A DNA stretch of 64,000 nucleotides from the NCBI GenBank assembly GCA_037132055.1, contig JBAXPX010000001.1, positions 5,424-69,423 on the forward strand, given 5' to 3'. A program made the translations under genes and the position numbers. This document shows positions 41,075 to 51,067 of this stretch, in pieces. The notes beneath the pieces are model-generated. The model did not search any database. It saw only the letters and a list, made by a program, of their open reading frames with translations, and had not been told where the DNA came from. Numbering within the stretch: position 1 is the stretch's first letter; each line of letters begins with the position of its first letter. This DNA is from a bacterium (GTDB lineage: Bacteria > Patescibacteriota > Minisyncoccia > Phycocordibacterales > UBA9973).

Positions 41075-41123
41075 AAAAATGACAAAAGTTGTTCACTTCT
41101 AACCTTTAAAAAAAGAAGACACT

Positions 41124-41309
41124 ATGAGAGAAGGTCTTTGTTCAAAAGGAACGCTGAGAGGGACTTACCCTAAAATGCAACTGAACGTAATGTCTGAAAG
41201 AAGTTTTGCAGACATTGGGAAAGAATTAAAAAAAGAAAGGTACGGTTTTTGCGACGTTTTCGTAGAAAGAAAGTTGCCTATAAGAAAACGAAACCGAAAA
41301 AGATTTTAA
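41124..41309 (+). CDS. Small basic ORF (61 aa) in a discrete promoter-terminator unit; could instead be a small RNA
   Basis: An ORF with a weak SD lies between the consensus promoter and the terminator AGGGCGCATTGC-ttttt-GCAATGCGCCCT (41311-41340). Confidence 0.25.
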   Translation: MREGLCSKGTLRGTYPKMQLNVMSERSFADIGKELKKERYGFCDVFVERKLPIRKRNRKRF

Positions 41310-41430
41310 GAAGGGCGCATTGCTTTTTGCAATGCGCCCTAATTCTTTAATTCTTTTTTTTGACAAAATCAATAAAAAGTGTATTATATAAGTAATCCAT
41401 TTTGTTATTCACAACCAAAAACTAAAAAGA

Positions 41431-41988
41431 ATGAAGAAGCAAAAAAAATCACTACAAAGCTCTGGTTTTCAGAGCTACCCCGAAAATTTTCTAACTCAAA
41501 ACGGACGCAAGTTCGTACACAAGTTGCTCAAATGTCTCTCTGATGAGCAGAGACAAATACGAACAAACAACAGAGAAGGCCACTCTGCAAAAGAGGCAAC
41601 CGATACTGAAAACTCCCACCGGAGTCAAGCCATCCTCATTGAGAGAAAAATCCTGGACTGTCAGGAAAAACTCAAACTTCCTGTGGTAGAAGTAAAAAGA
41701 CAGGCAAAGGTTTGCTTGCCGGGCAACGGAGTTAAATTAAAAATTAACGGTAAATCTATGTATGTAGTGATAGATGGAATATGCGTGTGCAAGCACATAC
41801 TGCCAGAAAATCACGCGATAATAGGGGCAAATTCACCCCTTGGAAAAGCCCTTCTCCACAAAAAAGTTGGAGAGATTGGTAAATACCAAAATGGAGACAA
41901 TCTACAAAACCACTTCATTGTGGAAAAAATCGACACCCCAGCGGAAGCAAAATGGGTATTCAAATGCCCAAGCGCTACAATAATTTAG
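41431..41988 (+). CDS. GreA/Rnk-family protein (GreA-type FKBP-like C-terminal domain, atypical N-terminus)
   Basis: IIGANSPLGKALLHKKVGEIGKYQNGDNLQNHFIVEKI matches the Gre C-terminal domain. A second promoter-like TTGACA…TATTAT lies upstream at 41365-41395. Confidence 0.5.
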   Translation: MKKQKKSLQSSGFQSYPENFLTQNGRKFVHKLLKCLSDEQRQIRTNNREGHSAKEATDTENSHRSQAILIERKILDCQEKLKLPVVEVKRQAKVCLPGNGVKLKINGKSMYVVIDGICVCKHILPENHAIIGANSPLGKALLHKKVGEIGKYQNGDNLQNHFIVEKIDTPAEAKWVFKCPSATII

Positions 41989-42134
41989 CTTTTTCGTTTT
42001 TATATTGTCGAAGCGTGTCCCACATATTTTGGTACACGCTTCTTTTTTTGATTTTAAGTAAAAAAATGATATATTTTCCTCAGGGCTAAACCGCATAAGC
42101 GGTCGCCCGAACAAATTTATCAAATTTGTTTTAG

Positions 42135-42206
42135 GGCCCTATCGTCTAACGGCTAGGACGGATCCTTCTCAAGGATTAAATTCGGGTTCGATTCCCGGTA
42201 GGGTCA
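42135..42206 (+). tRNA. tRNA-Glu (anticodon CUC)
   Basis: GGCCCTATCGTCTAACGGCTAGGACGGATCCTTCTCAAGGATT…TTCGATTCCCGGTAGGGTCA. Confidence 0.75.
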
Positions 42207-42371
42207 CAAACTAAATTCTATTTTGTTTTGTCTTTTTTGTTAAACCAAGTTTTTTTATTATTATTCTCAGGATGGTTTAAAATTTTTTTACTACATCAAA
42301 AAATTAAACACATAAAAAGTTCCATCCTCATAGATCTTTTTATTTACTTGAAATTTTGATATAATAAAAAA

Positions 42372-43004
42372 GTGAAAAAAAAATCCCAAAAAGGTTTTAC
42401 ACTTATTGAACTTTTGGTTGTAATTGCAATAATTGCTGTACTTTCTTCTATTGTCCTTGTTTCTTTAAATGCAGCTCGCATAAAAGGACAAACTGCAGCA
42501 ATAAAATCAAATCTTAAGAATGCAATTCCGAAAGCAGAATTAACATATCAGAACTCGAGTCCCCAAAGTTATGCTACTGCATGCGCCACATTAATTCCAA
42601 TAATTAACGCAATCAATAATTCTGGTGGTGTTGCTAAATGCGTGAGTAATAATACATCATGGGCAATTTCTGCAAAATTATCTTCTGACACCTCTTTAAA
42701 TTATTCTGCTAGTCCAGATGGAGTAGGAACTTGGGATGTTGCTGACGCATCGGTTTCTTCAATGAACTGGAGCACTGCGAATCTTACTTGTTCCGGTTTG
42801 GGTGGCCGTGTACCTTCAATAGAAGAAATTAATTCTCTTTATTTAGCACAAGGTAGCACTCATCCCGGTTTTCAAAATTGGCTATATATGAGTAACACCG
42901 GATATCCCGGATGGCCAGATAGTGTTTATTGCTTTGATATGAGAAATGGAACTCTCGGTCGTATTTATAAGACTAGTTCAGTATATGTCCGTTGCATTAA
43001 ATAA
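42372..43004 (+). CDS. Type IV pilin/pseudopilin-like protein
   Basis: Prepilin leader and N-methylation motif KGFTLIELLVVIAIIAVL. Confidence 0.7.
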   Translation: MKKKSQKGFTLIELLVVIAIIAVLSSIVLVSLNAARIKGQTAAIKSNLKNAIPKAELTYQNSSPQSYATACATLIPIINAINNSGGVAKCVSNNTSWAISAKLSSDTSLNYSASPDGVGTWDVADASVSSMNWSTANLTCSGLGGRVPSIEEINSLYLAQGSTHPGFQNWLYMSNTGYPGWPDSVYCFDMRNGTLGRIYKTSSVYVRCIK

Positions 43005-43349
43005 TTTAAATTAATCTAATTATTTTGAAACCTTACTTAGAAAATAAGGTTTTTAATTTGTTAAATCGTCTCATTTGACATAAAATCTAGTTGCCTGCCT
43101 GCGCAGGCATGCAACTGGCGACTACTTGGGTCACCGCGAAGAAAACCCAACTGCTTGGGGTTTTTTGTTACACGGTGAAGACGGAAGCATATTTTTTCAA
43201 CAGAAAAAATAGCTGAGTCCGGGGCTGGAAAATTTGCGAGTGACGACGAGCAAATTATTGTGGCTCACATAAATTCTGAATGCGAAGCATGTAAAATAAA
43301 AACAGCACACTTTTTTGCAAAGTGCGCTGTAATTGTAAAGGACAGATTG

Positions 43350-43928
43350 TTATCCACCCTTCTTTTTTTGAAGATAATTTTCATTATACGTTTTCAGTGG
43401 CTCAACTTGACTAAAGTGAGGCATACGGTCAGCTAATTCGGGCATAATTTTAAGGGCTAAGTTTCTTTTTTGTGCCCATTCTGTTTTGAATATCGGTACC
43501 ATAGAATCCCATGAATAATACACAGGAAATAAAGTACCATTATCGCTAGGATAAATGTACTTTTCAACTTTTTCACCACGATTCTCTTTTTCTTGATTAA
43601 CGCACGCATTAGCGGTTTTATAAGCTGATAGATTCACAATACGGACAATTTCATCCTGCGTTTCAATTTCATTAATCTTAAATAGCTCGACACCTAATAT
43701 ATTAGAAACCTCGCATGAGAGATTCTTAAGGTTCTGCTCTTTTTTTTGCTGTTCATAAAGAGCTTGTTCTTTTTTGTACAATTCTTCCCTTTTCTTTATT
43801 CTTTCTGGAAAGAAATAGTCTAAGATTTTGTCCCTATTATACACAATAACACCAAAAATGATCATTACTGCAACAGAACCAAAAAATACAGAACAAATGA
43901 CTACTACTAATTTTTCTAAATTTTCCAT
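43350..43928 (-). CDS. Hypothetical membrane-anchored protein
   Basis: N-terminal TM helix and a K/E-rich coiled segment. Confidence 0.4.
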   Translation of the reverse strand: MENLEKLVVVICSVFFGSVAVMIIFGVIVYNRDKILDYFFPERIKKREELYKKEQALYEQQKKEQNLKNLSCEVSNILGVELFKINEIETQDEIVRIVNLSAYKTANACVNQEKENRGEKVEKYIYPSDNGTLFPVYYSWDSMVPIFKTEWAQKRNLALKIMPELADRMPHFSQVEPLKTYNENYLQKKKGG

Positions 43929-44142
43929 AATATTTCTCCTTCTCGACGTTCATCGTCGAATATCTGGGCCAACGTTAGCACAGACCTGAAAACGTTCATC
44001 GTCGTCAGGCACAAAGAATTTAATCCTTGTGTCTGACGGCGATACAAAAATTATCAAAGAACTTAATATATATGAATTATATAATATTAATTTAATATGT
44101 CAATATCATCGACCACTTGATTCACAAAGAAAAAAGGCAGGA

Positions 44143-44619
44143 TTAACCCGCCTCTTTTGTTGCCAAATTCACTAATTTTTGATTAAACAATAAGGGATCT
44201 CGTTCTGTGATAATGGAAAAATATTCCACAATTTCTTTTAAAACTTCCTGACTTCTTTGCCAACTTATTACATCACACCGGATAAAAACATTTAAAAGTT
44301 CGTTGCCTTCTTTGGCGCTCGTAATAACAGAAGTCTTGCGTCCTTCAACTTCAATAAAACCCCTCTGTGCTCCATAATCATCTGAAATAAAGCATAAAGA
44401 TTTACTATGGTTACTCTCACATCTTAGCCGGTCATTGTTTAAAATTCTATCGAAAAAATCATAAAATTCCTCTTCAGAAATTTTTTTATTTTTTAGACAT
44501 TCAACAATAAGATCAAACCCTTGTATTTTTGAAAAGAACATTCTTCGTCTCCCTTCGGGGGGAAAAATAATCTGCCCAGATATTCCATCCGGATCAAATC
44601 TTAAAAATATTTTTTCCAT
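44143..44619 (-). CDS. Hypothetical protein
   Basis: ORF followed by the terminator AGGCGGGTTAATCCTGCCT + T-run. Confidence 0.4.
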   Translation of the reverse strand: MEKIFLRFDPDGISGQIIFPPEGRRRMFFSKIQGFDLIVECLKNKKISEEEFYDFFDRILNNDRLRCESNHSKSLCFISDDYGAQRGFIEVEGRKTSVITSAKEGNELLNVFIRCDVISWQRSQEVLKEIVEYFSIITERDPLLFNQKLVNLATKEAG

Positions 44620-44761
44620 TTATCTTCCGTTTTATGTTACTAATTTAATTTTCTATCTAAAGAGTAGTTAAAAATTTAACCTTTGTCAATTTTAATATCT
44701 TACAAATGTCACATTGACAAACGGGAAATAATATTCTAGTATAATAAACAAAAAATAAAAT

Positions 44762-45322
44762 ATGGAAAAAATTCTTAGAAAAGTTTTAGCAATATTTCTT
44801 CTCATTATCGCTTTTCCATTTTTAGTCCTTTTGACAATATTAATTAGAATGGAAAGTAAGGGTAACCCCATCTTCAAACAAAAGCGCGTCGGCAAAGGAG
44901 GTAAAATTTTTATTATTTATAAATTACGTACGATGAGACTAGGAAAGGAGCCTGAACACATAACTTCCTCAATTGAATTAAGGAAACATAGTTCCTACCG
45001 CGTAACGTGTATTGGTAAATATCTTCGTCAAACCCACACAGATGAGCTACCACAACTGTGGAATGTTCTTAAAAACGAAATGACCTTTGTTGGTCCCCGT
45101 CCCTTAACTATTCCAATTGCAACAAAGAAAGAATATTATGCACCAAGAGATGAGAACATTTGTCCTGGTATAACTGGGATTACACAAATTTCACTACTCG
45201 CGGAAACTAAGGGATATAATGTATCAAAATTAGATAAATTTTATTGTAAAAAAAGGTGTTTATTACTAGATTTACTAATAGTTATATCAACGCCGATCTT
45301 AATTGCGTTCAAGAAAATATAA
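44762..45322 (+). CDS. Bacterial sugar (undecaprenyl-phosphate hexose-1-phosphate) transferase, small PglC/WbaP-C-type
   Basis: KRVGKGGKIFIIYKLRTM…DELPQLWNVLKNEMTFVGPRP. Confidence 0.75.
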   Translation: MEKILRKVLAIFLLIIAFPFLVLLTILIRMESKGNPIFKQKRVGKGGKIFIIYKLRTMRLGKEPEHITSSIELRKHSSYRVTCIGKYLRQTHTDELPQLWNVLKNEMTFVGPRPLTIPIATKKEYYAPRDENICPGITGITQISLLAETKGYNVSKLDKFYCKKRCLLLDLLIVISTPILIAFKKI

Positions 45323-45353
45323 ATGCCTGTACAAAGAAATGTACAGGTATTTT

Positions 45354-46649
45354 TTATTTTTTATTAATCCATTCCTTGTCTTGTCTGACGAGAAGTTTTG
45401 ATTTATTTTCTTGATCTTTTAGTATTGATTCCACTGTACGTTCCATACGCATTCCTTGTGATCCTTTTACGAAAAGGATATCTCCCTTTTGTATAAATGT
45501 TTTTAAAAATTCTCCTGCATCACTTGAATTTGAAAATTCAAAAATATTTTGAACATCCATCCCTGCTTCTATCGCAGCAGACTTTGTATTTTGTGATCTA
45601 GGGCCCACCACAATAAGCACCTCAGCACTTTCTTTTACAATTTTACCTATATTTTCATGGGCTTCTTTTGTGTGCTTGCCTAATTCAAGCATGTCACCTA
45701 AAACTGCTATCTTTCTCCCTGTTAATTTAATCTCGTTAAGTGTCTTGAGCCCAGCTTCACAAGCAAATGGAGAAGAGTTGTAAGTGTCATCTATTATTAT
45801 GGAATCGTTGATACCTTTTAATAATCGCATTCTTCCCGGCGGTATTTCATAATTTTTTAACATATTAACAGCATTTATCATATTGAGTTTCAACCCTGAA
45901 GAAAATGCAAAAGTTGCTAGTGATGCATAAATATGATTTCTGCCAAATACTCCCTCGATGACAACTGGCAGACTGTTGCCATTTTCGTCTACCCTAAAAA
46001 TTATCCCCTGCGGTTCACCTTTATCATTATAAAAAATAGTATCACCAGAACCAACAATATTTGCCTCAGTATTAAAACCATAAGTTATAATTCTATTTTT
46101 CGTTTTTGATTTCATATTAAAAACAGTTTCATCGTCTCGATTTAAAACCAAAAGACCATCTTTTTTTAGTGTTTTAATCAATTCAGCTTTTTCTTCTACA
46201 AGATGTTTTTTTGAACTAAAAAATTCAATGTGAACTGGAGTTTCTCCTATGGCAGTCATTATAACAGCGTCAGTTTTAATCCAAGAAGCAGTTTTTTGCA
46301 TATCTCCTGGTTTTCCGATTCCAACTTCTAATACGAGCCATTTCGGATATTTATGTGGCCATATAAAAAGCCAAAGACCCTCTAGAATGTTTCGAAACCA
46401 TACAAATGGATTATTCCATCCATTTGGACACCCCAATACAGTAAGAGGTAATCCTATTTCACTGTTAAAACTTTTTTCACTTTTTCGTACATAAGTGACA
46501 CCGGAAAGCACAGCATACACTGCATCTTTCGTAGAGGTTTTACCGACAGATCCAGTAATAGCTACAATTTTTGGCTTGTATTTCCAAAGCACAAGCTTGG
46601 ATTCTATCTTTAAAATATGTGTAATAATTTTTCTAAAAGTTGTTTTCAT
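45354..46649 (-). CDS. murF: Mur ligase, most likely UDP-MurNAc-tripeptide--D-Ala-D-Ala ligase
   Basis: ITGSVGKTSTKD P-loop and a Mur-ligase C-terminal domain; adjacent to ftsI, which matches the usual gene order. Confidence 0.6.
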   Translation of the reverse strand: MKTTFRKIITHILKIESKLVLWKYKPKIVAITGSVGKTSTKDAVYAVLSGVTYVRKSEKSFNSEIGLPLTVLGCPNGWNNPFVWFRNILEGLWLFIWPHKYPKWLVLEVGIGKPGDMQKTASWIKTDAVIMTAIGETPVHIEFFSSKKHLVEEKAELIKTLKKDGLLVLNRDDETVFNMKSKTKNRIITYGFNTEANIVGSGDTIFYNDKGEPQGIIFRVDENGNSLPVVIEGVFGRNHIYASLATFAFSSGLKLNMINAVNMLKNYEIPPGRMRLLKGINDSIIIDDTYNSSPFACEAGLKTLNEIKLTGRKIAVLGDMLELGKHTKEAHENIGKIVKESAEVLIVVGPRSQNTKSAAIEAGMDVQNIFEFSNSSDAGEFLKTFIQKGDILFVKGSQGMRMERTVESILKDQENKSKLLVRQDKEWINKK

Positions 46650-46695
46650 TGTGATTCAATTTTACTCACCATACCTCTGAGTTTCCGTCGAAGGG

Positions 46696-48420
46696 TCATC
46701 TGTCGGGTGGAATTTCATAATAATTAATTAAAAACTTTGTTATTTCTAAAAAAGGATCAGCCCAAGTCTGTGAAGAATAAGGTACACCCTTTGGATTTTC
46801 TGCATAAAGAAAAACTATAAATTTAGGATCATAAGCTGGGAAATATCCAAAAAAAGAATGAGTATTCCTATCTTCATAATACCCTCCTGTATTTTTCTTG
46901 GCAACTTGAGCTGTACCGGTTTTTATGGCCACACTATAATGTTCAAATTTTGCAAGTCCCCCTTTTAATGATTTATCCATAACATTTACAAGCATACGAG
47001 TTATTTCTTCGCTTGTTGATTCTTTTATCTTTGTACGAACAGTGGGATAAGTTATATTTTTTTCGGTACCATTTTCATATTTTATTGTTTTAACAAGATG
47101 TGGTACTACTAAATTGCCTCCGTTTGACAATGAAGCCAATGCCCGAGCTATCCCAATAGGAGTCAGCGCTATGCCCTGCCCAAAAGAAGCATTAGCATAT
47201 TCTAATTCACGTGGACTATTTAAGTTTGATACAAGACCATGAGTTTCATTTGGTAAATCAATCCCAGTCTTTTCGTTGATTCCATAAGAAAATAAGTAAT
47301 CTCGCATATTTTCTTTACCCAAGTGTTGATACACAAAAACCATCCCTGTGTTTAATGATTGATTCAAAACTTCTTGCATCGAAGTCCCAGGACCTCTAGC
47401 CTTTTTATCAAAATTGGATATTTCTTTTTTTTCGATAGTGACTGAACCTTTATCGTTGTATGTAGTATCTGCAGTTAAGACTCCCATATCAAGTGCAGCT
47501 GCCATAACCAATGGTTTAACAACCGAACCAAATTCAAAAACACTTTCGACTAGTGGATCAGAAAAAACTGAAACATCATTTTTAGAAAAATTATTCGGAT
47601 CAAAATCCGGCTTTGTTCCCATAGCATAAATAGAACCATCAATAGGATTCATAATAATTCCGCCGATAGAGTCAGTCTGATATTTTTGACTCACTTCGTT
47701 TAATTTTGTTTCAAGGAATCCTTGCACTACTGGTTCTATAGTCGTTATAATATTTCCACTATTAGCGCCTTCTTTGAATAAGGAATCATTTATGTTTGAA
47801 AAAACTTCAGCAAAAAAATTTATATAAGGATTCTCTTTTCCCCTAGATAAAGTACTGTTATAGAATCTTTCTAAACCATATCTGCCAGCAAGCTCGTCTC
47901 CTTTGTAGCCGACGATTCCAAGCGCATGTGAAGCAAGATTTTCACCAGGATAAAAACGCCATTTTTCTTTAAAAATAGAAACTCCCGGTATTTTTAATGC
48001 CGATATATTGTCTGCTTGTTCTTTTGATAACTTATGAGCAATCTCGTCATATGAACTTGTTGTTTTTTGTGTCTTTAATAAAAAAGTGTCGTGATCAAGA
48101 GTAATTATGTTTGATAATTTTTTATAAGAATCGTCAGCGTCAATAATTTTACTAGGATTTATCGCTATCTTATAGCCAAGTGTTTGCACTGCAGCTGAAA
48201 CAAGATCTCCTCCCTTACTACTAAAGAATATAGATCCACGCTCAAAAATATCAGAAGAAGGAGTCGAATATTGGCGATCAGCCATTTCTGAATAAAAATT
48301 ACTATGCACGACTTGTACCAAAAAAAGCTTTGAAATTAAAATCAAAGCAAAAAAAATAATTAAAAAAGATACAATCTTAATCCTTGAAATTGAAAAAAAT
48401 TTAAAGGTCATTTTTCGCAA
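46696..48420 (-). CDS. ftsI: Peptidoglycan D,D-transpeptidase (PBP2/FtsI class)
   Basis: N-terminal TM helix, dimerisation domain, and transpeptidase motifs SVVK, SNT, KTGT. Confidence 0.7.
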   Translation of the reverse strand: MRKMTFKFFSISRIKIVSFLIIFFALILISKLFLVQVVHSNFYSEMADRQYSTPSSDIFERGSIFFSSKGGDLVSAAVQTLGYKIAINPSKIIDADDSYKKLSNIITLDHDTFLLKTQKTTSSYDEIAHKLSKEQADNISALKIPGVSIFKEKWRFYPGENLASHALGIVGYKGDELAGRYGLERFYNSTLSRGKENPYINFFAEVFSNINDSLFKEGANSGNIITTIEPVVQGFLETKLNEVSQKYQTDSIGGIIMNPIDGSIYAMGTKPDFDPNNFSKNDVSVFSDPLVESVFEFGSVVKPLVMAAALDMGVLTADTTYNDKGSVTIEKKEISNFDKKARGPGTSMQEVLNQSLNTGMVFVYQHLGKENMRDYLFSYGINEKTGIDLPNETHGLVSNLNSPRELEYANASFGQGIALTPIGIARALASLSNGGNLVVPHLVKTIKYENGTEKNITYPTVRTKIKESTSEEITRMLVNVMDKSLKGGLAKFEHYSVAIKTGTAQVAKKNTGGYYEDRNTHSFFGYFPAYDPKFIVFLYAENPKGVPYSSQTWADPFLEITKFLINYYEIPPDR

Positions 48421-48757
48421 GTTTTATACTGCCAAGAGATTTGCGAGTAGTATATTGTTTTGTTTGACTTTCTTTAAATCCTAAAGACGTAGCAAGAGAA
48501 ACATCGATTTTACTTGATGCTGATAAATATTGCAATTCTAATTCTCCGACTTCATTAGAAAGTATCCGTGATTCTTTAGAAAGTGACTGACGTTCTACAA
48601 TATTAAAAACTGTATTCCCTAAAAATATGACATAACACAAAACAAGAACTCCAAGCATGCCAAGCATAATATTGAAAACTCTCCTTTCTAGGTTGTAATT
48701 ATTCACTATGTTTACGCTCGTTTTGTATGTATTTACTTTTAATGATAATGCTTTCAT
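48401..48757 (-). CDS. ftsL: FtsL-like small division protein
   Basis: Single-TM, coiled-coil protein lying between rsmH and ftsI. Confidence 0.4.
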   Translation of the reverse strand: MKALSLKVNTYKTSVNIVNNYNLERRVFNIMLGMLGVLVLCYVIFLGNTVFNIVERQSLSKESRILSNEVGELELQYLSASSKIDVSLATSLGFKESQTKQYTTRKSLGSIKLAKNDL

Positions 48758-49650
48758 ATTTTTATTTTTTCTAAAATTCTTAATTTTGCACTTCGTGATC
48801 TGTTGTTCGATATTAATTCCTCCTTACTTGCTGTTATTGGTTTTTTATTTATTAATTTTATTTTTTCTTCTTTCTGCTTTAATTTAAAAAATCTTTTTGC
48901 TATTCGATCTTCTAGGCTATGGAAACTAATCACTGCCATTCTTCCCTCAATTTTTAAAAGTTTTAAACCTTGCTCTAACCCCTTCTCCAATACCCCCAAT
49001 TCATCATTCACAGCTATTCGCAATGCTTGAAAAGTTCTAGTGGCAAAATGTATCTTTCCTTTCTTGTAGCTTCCCGGTACTGCCTGTTCGATAATCTTTA
49101 CTAAATCAAACGTCGTTTCTATCTTTTTTTTCTTTCTATTTTCCACTATCTCTCTCGCTATTCTTCCTCTATATTTTTCTTCGCCATATCCGTAAATTAT
49201 GTCTGCTAAACTTTTTTCACTCCAAGTGTTTACGATATCTAAAGCCGTGATATCTTCTGGGGAAGGATTTTCTTTCATCGTCATCAACAGTGCTTCGTTT
49301 TTCATAAAAGAAAATCCTCTACCAGAATTATCTAATTGATCACTGCTCAAACCTAAATCAAAAATTATCCCGTCCACGTTCTCTAACCCCCCTAAATCAG
49401 CAAAATTTTTATTTATAAAATTGATCTCACAATCACAATTTTTAAATTTACTTTTCGCTTTCTCCCAAGCTCCCTTGTCCTGGTCAATGGCAACGATTTT
49501 CACTTTTTTATATCTTCTGCAAATCTCCACACTGTGTCCTCCGCCACCAAAAGTAGCGTCAACCACAGTTGCTCCATCTTTCAGGTTTAAGCCCTCTATT
49601 GTTTCATTTAAAAGAACACTCTTATGAACACTCTCCATCTTGTCTATCAT
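48754..49650 (-). CDS. rsmH: 16S rRNA m4C1402 methyltransferase RsmH (MraW)
   Basis: HKSVLLNETIEGL…VDATFGGGGHS. Confidence 0.8.
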   Translation of the reverse strand: MIDKMESVHKSVLLNETIEGLNLKDGATVVDATFGGGGHSVEICRRYKKVKIVAIDQDKGAWEKAKSKFKNCDCEINFINKNFADLGGLENVDGIIFDLGLSSDQLDNSGRGFSFMKNEALLMTMKENPSPEDITALDIVNTWSEKSLADIIYGYGEEKYRGRIAREIVENRKKKKIETTFDLVKIIEQAVPGSYKKGKIHFATRTFQALRIAVNDELGVLEKGLEQGLKLLKIEGRMAVISFHSLEDRIAKRFFKLKQKEEKIKLINKKPITASKEELISNNRSRSAKLRILEKIKI

Positions 49651-50093
49651 TTTGTCTTCTCATTACTAAGCTTTTCGGCCAATTCATCCGCTTTATTTTC
49701 TACTGTTTCCTTATACCCTTTCCATGTATTTTCATTCCAAATTTCAACCCTATCTTCAACTCCGATTATGGCTGCCTTGTCCCCTAGTTTTATTCTTTCT
49801 TTCAAGAAATCAGGAATCAAAATTCTTCCTATTGTATCTATGTCGACTTCGGCTGCACGTCCAAACATGAATCGATTGAAACTCCTTTTATCAGCTTTCA
49901 GGAAAGAAAGGTCGGAATCTGAATCAGAAAGTCTTTTTGAAACTTTTGCCCATTCTTTTAATGTAAAAAGAAACAAACATTGGTCCAGTCCTGGTGTAAT
50001 AATAATTTTCTTACCAAGCTCCTTACGAAACTTGACCGGCAATGAAACCCGATTTTTTTCATCTATTGTATGTATGTATTCACCTATAAGCAT
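49647..50093 (-). CDS. mraZ: Transcriptional regulator MraZ
   Basis: Duplicated DxxxR-type halves (IDEKNRVSLP…). Confidence 0.8.
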   Translation of the reverse strand: MLIGEYIHTIDEKNRVSLPVKFRKELGKKIIITPGLDQCLFLFTLKEWAKVSKRLSDSDSDLSFLKADKRSFNRFMFGRAAEVDIDTIGRILIPDFLKERIKLGDKAAIIGVEDRVEIWNENTWKGYKETVENKADELAEKLSNEKTK

Positions 50094-50276
50094 AAAATTA
50101 TTTATTCACAGCTTTCCCACCTTTTCCCACTTCATATACATTGTAAACCACTACCTTTATGTAAACAAATCAAAATGTGTGGATAACTTCAAAATCCTTA
50201 AATCTTGCATTTTTTAAAAAATATTGTATATTAAAGCTTAGAAAAACAGTTCTAAACCCTTAAAAAACACTGCTCT

Positions 50277-50771
50277 ATGAAAACATTGAATTATCCATTC
50301 TTGTTACTGTTGGCTTTGGTTATATTGGCCATACCGACAATATCGCATTCTTCATTAGGTGATGATTGCGATATAAAATATTTAGAAAAAAGGTTTAAAG
50401 AATTAAACAACCTACAAACTCTCAAAAAGGGAGACAGCACAGGTAAATATACCTACAACATCCTGGCTACTGAAAAAAAGATGGAAATAGTTTATGGAGA
50501 CACTTTAAAAATCTACCTAGATTATGACCATCTTAATGATGCCAAAATTATTAACGCCGAAAAAGATTTTCTCGAAGTAATATTTATTGGAAAAGAAGGA
50601 AAAGAAAAAAGGTCTTTTCTTTTTATCAAGGGAACAGAAATAAGAAAACTAGTTCCAAGTATAAATAAAGGCCAAAATTTTCGAATTAAACTTGACGAAG
50701 ATAATGTAATCTTTGACTTCGGGAATACCTTTTGTGTTTATAATGTAAAAACCAATAAATTCTGTCCATAA
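50277..50771 (+). CDS. Hypothetical secreted protein
   Basis: N-terminal signal peptide. Confidence 0.35.
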   Translation: MKTLNYPFLLLLALVILAIPTISHSSLGDDCDIKYLEKRFKELNNLQTLKKGDSTGKYTYNILATEKKMEIVYGDTLKIYLDYDHLNDAKIINAEKDFLEVIFIGKEGKEKRSFLFIKGTEIRKLVPSINKGQNFRIKLDEDNVIFDFGNTFCVYNVKTNKFCP

Positions 50772-50794
50772 CCAAACACTAAAAACTACAAGAT

Positions 50795-51016
50795 ATGGAG
50801 AAATTTAATCTTAGTCAAATCCCTGAAGACGTTTGGGGGTTAGGAATTCTTGCTCTGATTATAATCGCTATTTTCCTTACAATGTTTTTTATGTATCGGA
50901 ATACAAATAAAAAACCCAAAAAACAAACAGGGGGTAGTATATTAAACGAGAAAAAGATTCAGCAATACGAGGCGAAGAGATTCCATGATGATCACAATAG
51001 AGAATATTATTGTTGA
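50795..51016 (+). CDS. Hypothetical small membrane protein
   Basis: One TM helix; the terminator ATCCCTGCAAA…TTTGCAGGGAT follows. Confidence 0.3.
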   Translation: MEKFNLSQIPEDVWGLGILALIIIAIFLTMFFMYRNTNKKPKKQTGGSILNEKKIQQYEAKRFHDDHNREYYC

Positions 51017-51067
51017 CCATCAAAAATTCCAAAATCCCTGCAAATGTTTAATTTTGCAGGGATTTTT

